Origin: Catajapyx aquilonaris
Taxonomy: Eukaryota
Length of the DNA stretch: 64,000 nucleotides
NCBI GenBank assembly: GCA_000934665.2
Contig: KZ538096.1
Location: 62,001-126,000, forward strand
Direction of reading: 5' to 3'
In this document: piece after piece, positions 52,146-64,000 of the stretch
How the letters are laid out: each line of letters opens with the position of its first letter
How positions within the stretch are numbered: the first letter of the stretch is position 1
Program-made: the position numbers and the translations under genes
The notes under the pieces: model-generated
What the model was told of the DNA's origin: nothing
The model's input: the letters and a program-made list of their open reading frames with translations, nothing else
The model's database searches: none

Positions 52146-55100
52146 GGCTTATGTGTAACAAAACTTGTCAAATATTCATATATAAGACGCAGTTTATGCG
52201 ATTTTGATTGTGCCTATACTACCAATCCGCACACTTATGTTCGACCTAGTTGTAATGACCTAATATAATAGTTTTTACCCCATTGATGATGTCGCGATCC
52301 GCACCTGGCATCCCTCCCTGGGTTTTCGGTCGTTGCCAGCGTGGCCTAGAGCAGCCCCCAAACTGCCGGCTAATAGCGACAGGGGCCATTGATCATGGGG
52401 CCCAAGATAGCACCCCGCGCGCTTTATTGAAATCAAGGGATTTCACTCGTTTCCAAATTAAATACGCTTCCCATTACGCGGCTTAAGCCCGGATTAAATT
52501 CTCAATTATCACCTCGTTGACCGGAATTGTTGACGTCACTAAGCCTCATCCACATCAATCTTTTTTCGCACCAGCAGCTCTTGGTTGTCACCAAAAGATG
52601 GCAGGACAGTTGGGGAATCCCCGCAATGGTTTGTTCAGCCTGTAAGTTGTTGAGCCGTGACTTCCCTCGAGACTTTCCACAAAAGTTTGTCCCCCTAATC
52701 AAGCAATCCGATATTGCTCTTCTGCCGGAATGAGGCGACACAAAAGCCCTGGCAGGCAGGGAATGTGTAAGAAGGAGAGGGGTATAGTGGAGGGTGGGGG
52801 GATTGAAATTAATTAACCCTATTGTTATGCATAAAGCCATAGGTGGTGCGGTTGCGCATTAATTACCAGGCTGGGGAGGAAGATTGTCACCGGTTTGAGG
52901 AGATGTAAACAATGGTGATTTCGACGTAAACACTCATATTGTTGAGTCCGTAGAAGCATACGGCTCTTTGGCCATTGATCTTCCTCGATGAGAAGTATGA
53001 AGAAGACGACGTGAAGTGGGGAGGAAAGAAGAAGAAGGGGAAAAAAAGACACGCTGAAAACCTCCATCGAGCCCCGGAATCCATTATGAACGGTGACAAG
53101 GGTGTACAACATAATTCTGATGGGGATGTAGAGGAAGCTTTCTCTGGTTCCTAACAAGGGCTGACGAAGATTAATTTCACTTCTGCTCCTCGAAAATTCG
53201 TCTTCTCTCTCCGTTTCACTCTATGAATCGGCGGGGAGACTCCCTTCTATTCTATTTTGCATCACCCCCCCCCCCCNCTCCCTTCTATTCTATTTTGCAT
53301 CACCCCCCCCCCCTCCTTCCCCCTCCTCTCAACCTCCCCCCCTCCTCCCAATACAAGTATCACTAGAAACGTAAAAACATGCCAAGTTTGGTGGCCGATC
53401 AATACCTTCCCGCCTCAGTCTTTTGTGTACGTGAAACAGCCCAAAGTTTGAATAATGAATGGGGCTTTCAAAGCGACGCTTAGAATGCACAAATGTGTAA
53501 AAGCTTTAACTTTCGCCTAGTCAAATCAAGTGCAGTTGGGGGTTGCCAAACACTGGGAGAGAAAAGCCCGCAAACTACCCACTCAACCCTATTCGAGCTC
53601 TCTTGAGTGAGGTTAACACAAGAACCCTCTCAATAGAACACAATCCAGTAGAACAATAGTCGGCAAATAAATTTAAAAAAAAAGAGCGGATTGTCATAAT
53701 GCAGTAGGAATTAGAACCAGCTTTGTTGGTGAGGTACTAAGATTAGAAGGTATTATGTTGCTGATTTGCTAAAACCACCGGAGCGACCGCCAAACAGTGC
53801 ATGAATTCGCCGCTAGGGAGAGTTGGCGACACCCTCGTAAATCATTACCACGTCGTCATCAATCAATTCCGAATCATGTGCTTGGATACCACCTTGGGAG
53901 GTGGCGCCTCCAGTGCCGGAATGCTGAACAGGCAGGTTTGAAATTCTAGCAAAGAGTGGCGCTGCATCCCTGTTTTTGAGCTACCGGTACTTTTTTGAGT
54001 TCTTCAGGGGGGGGATTTTTTGTTTAATTTTTTTTGAAATATAGATGACCTGGGTTGTATTTAATGACCGGGTTTTTAGATGGACTGAAAAGGATGATGG
54101 CAAGTATTGGCAGGCAGACTGATATAATTTGAGATAGGAGCGTGGATCATTCCAGTGGTGGTGGGTCTTTTGAAAGGAAGTTTTTTGGTGGTGCCCTCTC
54201 CTCCATTTCCCAGCCGTTGAAATAATCAGTGGACCACCAGGGCCGTGTCAATCAAAGCCCATGCAAGGCCCCATTCCATTTTTCTTTAGAACCGGTAGGG
54301 CCGGTTTCTGTGGCTTCAGGCTCTTCCAGGCCAGTCTTTTCATCTCTCCGCTGCTCAATCAGGAAGGTCTCTGGCTCAACTTTGCCTTCCAAACCCAAAT
54401 CAAGGGTGGAGTCATCTAACCCTCCGGCCATTTTGACCTCCAACAGGGTAACGAAAGGCACGATGCGATGAAGTCCCAAGATGGCATCCGATTGAGGCGT
54501 GATGTATGCCGATAATGTTTCATTTGGCCAGGTGTGGATGGAACTCATTTACAGCAGGTTGAAGGCCCAGTAACGAAGCTTGTTGCATGGTTGTAATTAG
54601 TACTAAATTGTGTGAAAGGACAAACAACAACCCGATTGCAGTAATGTCAAATTCTGCCGACAGATGGCAGAGAGAAGCAAATTGTAGGGGTTGAAACTTG
54701 TGTCGGTTGTAAATCAACTCTGATTCTGCTTGGTTAATGGGGTCGTCATTGACTTTTGACCATTACAGTGAACTGTTGCAAAATAATTTTATTTGCACCA
54801 TCAATTTTGTCACGAGTACGCTTATTCAAATAGATGTGTAATTCATTCACACCAACGTTGGTATACCGCGGCGGTCAAATATTATGAATTTATGATTGTC
54901 ATATGCACAATCATATTTACATTCTAATTATGGTAGACGACATTAATAGGTCATTCCTGTTCACAGTTAGTGTTTTTATACTCAATAGGTACCTTATTAC
55001 CTGACGATGATTCGATTAGTGCACAGGACAGATAGATCACAAATTGCAAATAATCGCAAGTAATCCTACTGTATGTACTCATTTGATGTGAAACATAAGT

Positions 55101-58100
55101 TAACATACCTGTACGAGTGTACGTACTCTTATTAAGATATTCATTAGAATGTGATTCTAGCTACATCAGTCTGCCCAACAAAAAAGGAACTATACCGTTG
55201 CCCTAAAAAGAAGGCGCTGTGCAGGTGTTTGAAGGATTTGAAGCACATCGGAATGTCCCATATTCCATAAATAGTAACCTTTATAATTGATAGTTATTTA
55301 TAAATATGGAATTCTTTGGCCACATAATTATCCATCCATACTTGCATATAATGCTTCTTGCGAGGGACTATTATACCCGCATGGCTCGCAATTTAAAAAA
55401 AAAAAACCGTAACATATTAGTCTATAATATTATTACAGCCGGACTTGTTACCCTTTTCTCTGATGTTATCGTACATGCTAACCGTGCTTTATTATATGCT
55501 AACCTTTGACACAAATATTTTAGTTTAGAAAATAATATGTACAGATTTAAGGGTAATGCTTGGCTCGAAGGGAATGGTTGTAGTAGTGAGTAAATTTTTA
55601 ACTGGGAATTAAGCATTTAATTTTACAAAATTAAATTAAAATATAGGCTGAGAAGGAAAGCCTCCATCATGGTCTTCCATCTAATTTATTGGAGAGTAAA
55701 AATTACAAAAAATTATAATATTACATTGCAGCTTACACCAATGAACGTGAAATATTCCGTATACTAAGTAACCAATTTGAGCCTAAATGTGCTGCAGTGT
55801 TCTTAATCTCACAAGAGGTCACCTGTTCCTGTAAATCTGGCTATACAAAATCACAATTAAAAGTTAATTAAATGAAACATGCTTCATCAGCCAGGAAAGC
55901 AGACTGATTATTATAGCTAAGGTGATTCTATTTATCGAGGTGGCATTATCATGAATAATAACAATTTGATGCCGATTTATTTTGAGCTTCCAATTTCTAA
56001 TATAAAAATATTTGAAACATAATTCAACGATGGATATACGAATTCCTTTGAATTGTGTTCAAACAATTGAAGGAATATGAAATTGATATAACTTAGTCAT
56101 ATTTTTATAGTATGCATTTGTTTTGTTTTTGCTTCTTAAGGTCCGTCACGCCAACAAACTAATATCAAGCATAGTAAAGTTTTATACCAGACAGGCATGA
56201 AGAATACTTCAATATTTGATATTAAATTATATGAAATATTTGAATGGCCATGGAGGCAATTGAAAAATTCTTAATATTATTATCATTTTCATATGTAATA
56301 TAGTTAAGTCGATTGATTAATCATGAAAATACCGCTGCCGCAATAGCTATAGATAGTTGTTAGGATTATGTAAAAATTTAAAATCACTTCCAAACTATAG
56401 TTACATAATTATTACAATAATATATTGTGCTTGTTACACAACCAAAATATTTACACTGAGAGGAAAAATCTTTCCAGTGCAGTGGTATAAATATCTGCAA
56501 GATGAAGCGAGCACCCTCGAAATACACTGATGCGGATGTGGCGGAATAAAATTACGAAACACGTGGTACCGTAACTATGCTGCAGTTTTCCAGAAAATTG
56601 ACAAAAATTAAATTGAGCCATGCAGAAGATAAGCATATATACTGGTAAGTGTTTCATTGGTATAGAAAAACTAAAACTTATGCTTTGAAATGTGATTCTC
56701 ACATCTCGTATACAATACTGGCGAATTTTGTGAGACGATGGAAGCGGGAAAATCCTGGAAAAACTCCCTCAATTACTGAAGAATTTCTCTAAACTCTTTT
56801 AACGAAAATCCCCTGCCCGATCCAGCGTTGGAAGGAGAGTGGGTCATATTAACTACAGAACCTTTAACTTTTGAATTAACGTTAAACTTAAGTGATGGTG
56901 TATCTACGACAATATTACCCATGTGTGGCGTTGGTTTAAATCTAATTTATATAGATAAATTGGCAATGTTGCAAGGCATAATTATATTCACCATTAGGCC
57001 TATTATTAAATATTATGTGTGCGCATGCTTGCATTCTCGCCAAGCTCTTTTTCGCTGCACCCTATTGGCCCGCGCTACGAACGAGAGAGCGAATATAAGG
57101 TGCGACTCGCTGCCAAAAATCGTGGCGAGTAAATGTTTCTCGCGAGTGAACAAATCTGTGAGTAGTAAGTTATAGTATCGATGGGAAGGACACACCGTAA
57201 CCGACGCGAATTTAAAATAATGAATGGTAACGCCGCGCCGATCCATATAAATATTGTATAGAGCCGACTTTGTAAAATAGATAATGTATTAAATAAAAGT
57301 GCGGGATAAATTTTAATTTTTACTGGACATATGTTTACCGGTTAGTAGCATAATAAGCAGCACTTTCTAGCAAAATGTCTCTTTTCTGTTAACAACATGT
57401 GCATTACACCAGCGGCTATACATCACATTTTATGAGCTATTATACTTGTCATCGACTGTCACTATCATCTCTATAAGCTGTAATATTTCATGCTGTAAGC
57501 ATAATCTTCGAGGTGATAAGACAAATTACCGTATGTCACTATGACAAGTACTGTATAACAATGACTCTAGGGTCATATACTAGCATGACTACGAAAGGTG
57601 CCTTGTTAGTCAGTTTCTATGCCCCCACTTCCCCCATCCGAATTGTGCGCACCAATCAAAATGTTCGTCCACCCTCCATACCCCACCGGTTGGGTCACCC
57701 AGCTGTCTTCGCCGTCTCCATCTAATGACATATCTGCTATCTACGATCCAATTTATCCAGCCGTCACACACACAAAAGGCACACTGGCGATACGCATTTT
57801 CGTTATCACTGCAGTCAACTTCGACAATATATTTTTTTAAATAGCTCGCATATTACGACATGTCGGTAATGCAAATTAACGAAATTATGCATTATACTGT
57901 GCATTTTTCTCATAATTTGCGGTCATACACCTTGGCCCTTAGCGCAGAAAATTAATGAGTACGCAATGATGTCACGACATTGCCCAAGGCTGACATCTTA
58001 TGACTGCCCATCGCGGCTACTTCACACCTGATTTTTTTATATACATCCGAATAATTCCAGCTGCATGTCTCCTGCAATTGCACATGTTGACCGCTTCTCC

Positions 58101-59535
58101 ACCTGAAAATACCTGCGAAGGGTTGAAGGAGTGGCAGGGTGAAATGTGGGTGTCCCCTAAGGCCCCCTGGCAGCTCCACAGGTAGGTTTTCAGATGGCAG
58201 CTCTGGGATTCACTGCGTGTCCCAAAGCTCCTATAAGGCGCCGCTTCACTTCTTCCAATTGGGGACCAGCAAACTGGAAGCAAAGCGTGGCAAACCATTG
58301 CCCTCTAGGGACCAACCGGTGCCTGGAGCGGGACTCATTGCCAGGGGAACAACAAACGCTTCATTTATCATAGGTCCGACTGCCCCAAAAACTCCGTAAG
58401 GAACGTTTAAAACATCCTCAAGGGCAGGTATCTGGGGAGACAAGGTAGGTGGCCTGTTTCGTCCCAAAAATTTAGGGACTCATACTATGTGTAATGTGAC
58501 ACACACATACTCCTTTCCGTTCCCAACCAGCTTCGCCAAATAGGACGGACAAAAAAAAAATATTCGCGAGACAGGCAGTCACGTCTCGCGGCGGAGAAAA
58601 GCAACTTCCCGGAACTGTGCTGTATTTGAGTGTGACCAACAATGTGAAGGCGTCTGCTGGTGGGCCCTCGAGGGGAATTCGGTCCCGAAAAACTTGAGTG
58701 ACACATGCTTGTTATTGCAAGAGATTAATGAATTTTGGACCACTTCTGGCTCGCACCTGGCTATCCAAAAAGCGCCAGCTTTTTTTCTTCTTTTTCTTTT
58801 CTATATATTCTTTTCGTTTTTTTTTTCTTCTTCTTGTGCTTTTGTGTCGGATGGCCGTCTCAACTGGTGAGAGGCGAAGAATGGAGGGCTGTCGCATGTG
58901 ATGAAAGTCTCGTCTGGCCGCAGCCAGCCAATCCTGCCTCTGGGAAGCGGGGCTTTTCGCGTCTCCCTGACAACCTCGTGACGTCACTCCACTCATCTGC
59001 TTGATTAATATTTGCCCAAGGGAGCTTGGCATCCCGAGGTGTTTTTCCACGTTGTTCGCCAAGCTTTTTACTCCTTGTTGCCCGTGTCACACGGCGACTC
59101 GCTTTATCTTGTGCACGGCACCAGCTTAAATTTACCGGAGAGCTAGGAAACAAATAGGGGGTCAGGAGCGCACTAGGCGACCCCTGTAATCGCTTGTTGT
59201 TCAGAGTAATTAGCACCTCTGTGGGAGTCGAAAAAATGGGTGTGTCTAAAACGGGTGTCATTGTTGGGGAGGAAATCGAAGACATTTTTATGGCAATGGC
59301 ATTCTTGTAATACCTATAAATGTTTCAGTGACCATCTCTTGCTGGTAGTACAGTGCTGGACATTAATTCCGTCCAGCCCCCGGACACTACCCCTACAATC
59401 TTATCTTATCGCCTGCCGGGGAGTTTTGTAGAAGGTGCTCACCTGAGAGCGCCATGAGACCTTTCACTGCTATATTATGTGGCGACCCTAACGGACTGCG
59501 CTGAACTTTATAGGTACAAAAGGGAAGAGCTACAT

Positions 59536-59711
59536 TTGGGTACCCAAGGGGGTAATCAATTCGGTACTCCGGTGTACACCTGCGAGTGGTACTCCCTGGT
59601 ACTCCTCAGGTACCTCACTCTTTATTACTCCTGGTACTGGGTATACTCATTGAATTTGGTAGTCCAGTGTACACTTTTCAGTCGAGTGATTACCCCCTTG
59701 GGGGGACCCAA
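59536..59711. mobile_element. Small TIR element with internal GGTACTCC subrepeats
   Basis: CCCAAGGGGGTAATCA (59543) pairs with TGATTACCCCCTTGGG (59687). Confidence 0.65.
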
Positions 59712-59925
59712 CATGGTCGCCGGCGGCCATGTTTGGCCCTCATGTAACGGCTTCCCTTCTACCTTAGTTCAGCGTAGTCCGGCAGGGTCGCCACATAATA
59801 GAGCAGTGAAAAGCGGTCTCATGGAGCTCTCAAGTGAGCATCTCATGCAAAACGCCCCGGCAGGCGATAAGAGGGAGTGTCCAGACCTTAGTATTCCAAG
59901 ACCATGATTCCGTCATACTGGTAGA

Positions 59926-60593
59926 GACATTTTCCGATGCGGCAGACGTGCAAATCGAAGTGATAGAGTGCGAGCACAATTCGGAAATGGATCTATTTCA
60001 TCTATTGCCACAGACGAGCAAGTTGACAAAGTTGAACAAGCAACGGCCTAAACTGCCTAACCGGTAGACTATTCAGAGCATATATGATGATATATAATAT
60101 AATATAATAATATAATAGGGAGAATATCCCAATGGAGGTCCCGGCCAGCGACCGGTACTCTCTTACTCGAGTGGTCCTCGGACCTGGCTCGCATTTTTTC
60201 TTGGTCGGACGGGGTGCTTGGGAGAATATCCCACCCCCGTCCCCGTCCCTGGGTTGGACCCGGCATTGCAGTACAGCCGGAGCCAGCCCTCCTCTCCCCC
60301 ACCCTCCTAACCCACCCCCTACCTTGCAATCCCACACCTTCCTCTCCTACCACCGGCTGCCAAACAAAGCCATACAAGCTGGGTAACCCTTCCTACCAAC
60401 CAACCAACCAAACCAAGAGTGCAAGCCGTGCAAGTAAGAAATGGTAGCCCATGGGTGACGTCACTGGCTGGGAACAAGCCTTTTCTCCATTGCCCCCCCC
60501 AGCCGGTGACGTCACTCAAGGCCTACCTCTTCCTACTCGCACGGCTCACACTCTATCATTTCGATTTGCACGTCTGCCGCATCAGAAAATGTC
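59926..60593. mobile_element. Putative non-autonomous TIR element with ~50-bp inverted ends
   Basis: GACATTTTCCGATGCGGCAGACGTGCAAATCGAAGTGATAGAGTGCGAGC (59926-59975) pairs with 60544-60593; no clear TSD. Confidence 0.65.
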
Positions 60594-60620
60594 GCAAGCA
60601 ACCAAGGGATAGCAACTCCC

Positions 60621-60715
60621 TGGAACCGGTGTACACCCTGGCCAAGGAACCCTGTGGAACCAGCCTGGAACAGGGTGGAACCGGCTTGGAACCGGCTGGA
60701 ACCTCCCGGTTCCAG
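60621..60715. repeat. GGAACC-core ~11-bp degenerate tandem repeat
   Basis: About seven TGGAACC-type units. Confidence 0.7.
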
Positions 60716-60778
60716 GATACGATGTGCACTTTTTAAGGGAGTTGCTAACACCTTGTGTCCAACACTGTTACAGTTCCA

Positions 60779-61021
60779 CAGGGTGTTCCAAGTTCGTTGG
60801 TCGTTTTTTGTTATTACTGATATCATCCGAAGTGCTGTTGTTATTTTTGTGTAACTTGTTGTGCCCAGATCCAGGTGCCTTAGTACTATCAGGTGGTCGA
60901 ATGTAGCAGTGGCTGTAGAATAGGGGCACAACAAGCTACAAAAAAATAACAACTATGAGCAAAATTTCCTATAACAATAACTACTGTATTATAAAAGGGC
61001 CCACAAACTTGGAACACCCTG
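60779..61021. mobile_element. Tc1/mariner-type MITE family M1
   Basis: CAGGGTGTTCCAAGTT ... AACTTGGAACACCCTG; homologous to 27361-27568. Confidence 0.85.
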
Positions 61022-61772
61022 ATATATGGGACAATTTTAACACTGCAGATGTTTAGTAAACTGATTTTACTGTATACACAGCCTAAGTAACGATGCAGAA
61101 ACTTACAAATCCCATAAAAAATTCTCCTCACCCTACATCTTCCACAATTTCGCAAAATTCGCCCCCACTTTTCCCTCCATCCACCTGAACTCAGGTCACG
61201 GTTCCAACGAGCAAGAACCACATTATTATTATTTTTTCTTTTTCCATTTTCCCTAAGAAACAAGCCCGGTAATTGTAATCTCGCCATGGTGCAAATGAGG
61301 GAAAATGCCCAGCTGTGATTTTCATCCGTTCCAAAAAGAGGCCCACGAAGTTTTCTCTTCAGGTCTGGGAAAAAGGAATGGCGAACACGCGCCTTCTTCT
61401 TCCGACCCCCCAACACGGAAAGGTTGCATTAGAGGTGGTAAATTAATGGGCCAGCATTGGCCCATCAAGAACAACCGGGGGTCCTAAAAATGAGAAATCA
61501 AAAAATCCCCCCCCCCCCTCTAATCGCAGTTTTATACCAAGCTGACGACATTAGTATGGAGCATGTTGCCAACGTAGCCAAACACTTGTCAGGGTGTCCT
61601 TTAAAAGGCCATCAGTCAAGCGGGAAGCACTCAATCTAGCGGCCGTGAATCACGGGGGCCATCCAGTTTAGTTCTTCGAAGGGGAGATGGAGGTCGCGCA
61701 TGGTTCCCCCAAAAAACGCTTCTAAGGCAAAGGATGTGGACTGGGTGTAGAGGGGGGGGGGGGGGGGGGGAG

Positions 61773-61865
61773 NNNNNNNNNNNNNNNNNNNNNNNNNNNN
61801 NNNNNNNNNNNNNNNNNNNNNNNNNNNNNNNNNNNNNNNNNNNNNNNNNNNNNNNNNNNNNNNNN
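61773..61865. other. Assembly gap (93 N) between poly-G tracts
   Basis: N run visible in the sequence. Confidence 0.99.
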
Positions 61866-64000
61866 GGGGGGGGGGGGGGTGGGGAGGAGAAAACCCAAAG
61901 TTGGCGACCTGAAGGAAGTTACAAATTACGACAACCTGTTGCGCCACGATAATTCCCTGCAATCGATTTCTGTCCAAACCCCCCCAGAGCCGCCTGATAC
62001 ATGCTTCTCTCCACGACTCTACATAAATCATACTGACTCAACCATTCAACGCCACATACCCACGGGCACACTTCTGGTGGACTCTCACCTTCAGGACTCA
62101 AAACAACTCACTATTCGCACTTACTCAGCTAATTAGCTTTCAGTTTATCAGTTGGCTATTTCAATTATTGGTTACTGGTAGTGACAAATCGGATCGTTTT
62201 TTTCGGGGGGGGGGGGGGATATACAAAGAGCTAAGTGATTTTTATCTGAAGGACTTGCTGTTTCCTGGTAGAAAAAAAAACGGTTCTGTGGAGGCGAAAA
62301 GCAGCTTATGCTCTCTTTTGTGAACACCATTGTCCGTCCTTTTATCATGGCATTTGTCCGTCCGGGTGGATGATAAATGGCGGGCCTGCTGTCAATAGCG
62401 CCTATAAAAACATCAAGTGTGGAGACGACGGCAGCGGATCCCCTTTTCCGCTCTTATGATCTGTTTGCGTGAGAACCGAGCGGGATGTTCGCCTGCACAA
62501 GCTTTTGCTTCTTCGGGGAGGGAAAAGCACAGTCCCCATCCCTCCCCCACACTCCCTGGATCTCCCCCTTACCCCCCACACACCCCACCCAACTCTCCCT
62601 TAGGCATCCGTCATTGCCAAATGTATTGCACACTTTCCATGCTGAAGAACTGGTGTGATTACCACTCATTTATGCAGAGTATGTGGCAAGTGGAGAAATA
62701 TGAAGTCATTATCATTCATTTTGGTGGAAGATTATTGAGATATGACAGCTTCGTAAGCTTTCTGAAAAATATCTCGATTTGTGCCTAATTGGACCTCATT
62801 CCGCAATACTGCAGTTCACCGGATTTCTCCTAAATGCATTCACATTTAGGTCAAAATTCAAATAGGCGTTGTTAAAAATAAGTATAAATAGCTACTTATA
62901 TAAAAATTGAAAAATATCATACAAAGAATAATGCATTCTTCAAACTCCAACATATCGCAAAACCAGTCCATTTAAAGTCCTCACCTGATTCCCGTGTAGA
63001 TGAAATATCCTCTCTATACAAACATTCTTGCAACATTTTGACACTTACAATATTTCACTTTTAACAAAACGCACATAATTATTCTTGTTATGTAAGTTTA
63101 ACGATAACGACCAAGAATGTTGTGACAGTCACACACCCGTGCTCTCGAGGAGGACAGACCGAGTCCCCGATTTTGTGGTCACTCGGCTATATCTCCCCTT
63201 CTTTCTGACATATTAAAGCAACTCTCTTGCACAATATAATACGGTACGTGTTTAAGAAACAGTTGTAGAAAATGTGTGTGAGAAGTTTCATACAATATCC
63301 AATTAAGAAATGGTACTATTTCCACCCTGAAATATTGCATTATAAACTAATGCTGACATTACGTGCCAGATAGCACATTATTTTTGGGCCCGAATCAACA
63401 CAGTAGCAAGTCATTATCTGATTCCCCTTTGTCTTTGGCATGATGACATGAAACAGTGAGTAATTCGGTCTAAATAGATGTGGCAACATGGGATTCCCTC
63501 CTACTCCACTTCGTCCCCCTCCTCTCTAGTCCTCCTTTTCTGCTTCCTTCACCACCGAATGAGAGAGTGGAAGAGAGTGACGGCTACTTGCGAAAGATCG
63601 TTAATATTGATCATATTACTGTCTCTCCTTGCTGCCGCTGGTTGGCGCTTCAATCTTCTAGAGGAAGGGCTTCAAACTTACCCCCCACCCCTTTTTGCTC
63701 CATTTTTTTCTCCATGATTCTTGTGTCAAACCAGTCTGACACTCCTATAATGTTTTTCTTCCACATCCAATTTTTGGAAAACTCGCAATTTCTGAACTTA
63801 CGTCTGTAACAATTTATTTATATATAAAATATTTGACAAAATTCATTTTGCACGTAGTCGCCATATTTTGATAGGGGTGATATCTGGCGGCCACCCTGGG
63901 AGTTTGTAACAGACAAAAGGGGCGGCCATTGGACGCATGGCAGCTGCAAGAGGCGGCCGCCACTCACCAGACTGGACCCACCTCTAGCCTTTGTTATAAA

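Noticed and set aside
53239..53311. Direct duplication CTCCCTTCTATTCTATTTTGCATCA + poly-C
   Set aside because: It straddles a single N at a homopolymer and is probably a contig-overlap artefact.
54252..54548. 98-aa acidic, protein-looking minus-strand ORF
   Set aside because: No recognisable domain or splice context; it would need homology or expression support.
60889..61416. 175-aa minus-strand ORF
   Set aside because: It runs into MITE M1 sequence, starts at a non-ATG codon and has no recognisable motif.
61750..61890. Long poly-G/poly-C tracts as G-quadruplex elements
   Set aside because: They coincide with Ns here and near 281, 9270, 22888 and 23136, so tract lengths are unreliable.
17754..64000. 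miR-10 hairpin expected between Scr and Dfd
   Set aside because: No ACCCTGTAGATCCGAATTTGT or its complement was found by eye; the CCCTGTA hits are mostly MITE ends. It probably lies beyond the window.

Overview
Eukaryotic (arthropod-type) Hox-cluster DNA. The only well-supported protein-coding gene is Sex combs reduced (Scr/Hox5) on the + strand. Coding exon 1 is 2941-3757, a phase-1 GT-AG intron of 13.7 kb spans 3758-17451, and the homeobox exon is 17452-17753, giving a 372-aa protein. A probable 3' UTR of about 2.6-3 kb follows. The protein has the octapeptide, LASCY, SCKY, PQDL, YPWM and NANGE motifs but lacks the insect DYTQL motif, which points to a non-insect arthropod. The remaining ~43 kb is non-coding, as expected for the Scr-to-Dfd interval; neither Dfd nor the miR-10 hairpin was found in the window. 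The intron and intergenic DNA hold many small non-autonomous elements: three tRNA-derived SINE families with target-site duplications, Tc1/mariner, hAT and piggyBac-type MITEs, a mini-Helitron, a Helentron-like element and a long foldback, several of them nested. The most notable observations are (1) a Hox5-type promoter/5' leader block upstream of the ATG that also reads as an open in-frame 61-codon extension, (2) a dual iab-4/iab-8 seed site in the putative Scr 3' UTR, (3) a tRNA-like cloverleaf with an enlarged anticodon loop inside an inverted-repeat-bounded unit next to a YY1/Pho site cluster, and (4) a near-perfect 30-bp hairpin unique to one intronic SINE copy. All calls were made by eye, and comparisons to known sequences are from memory.
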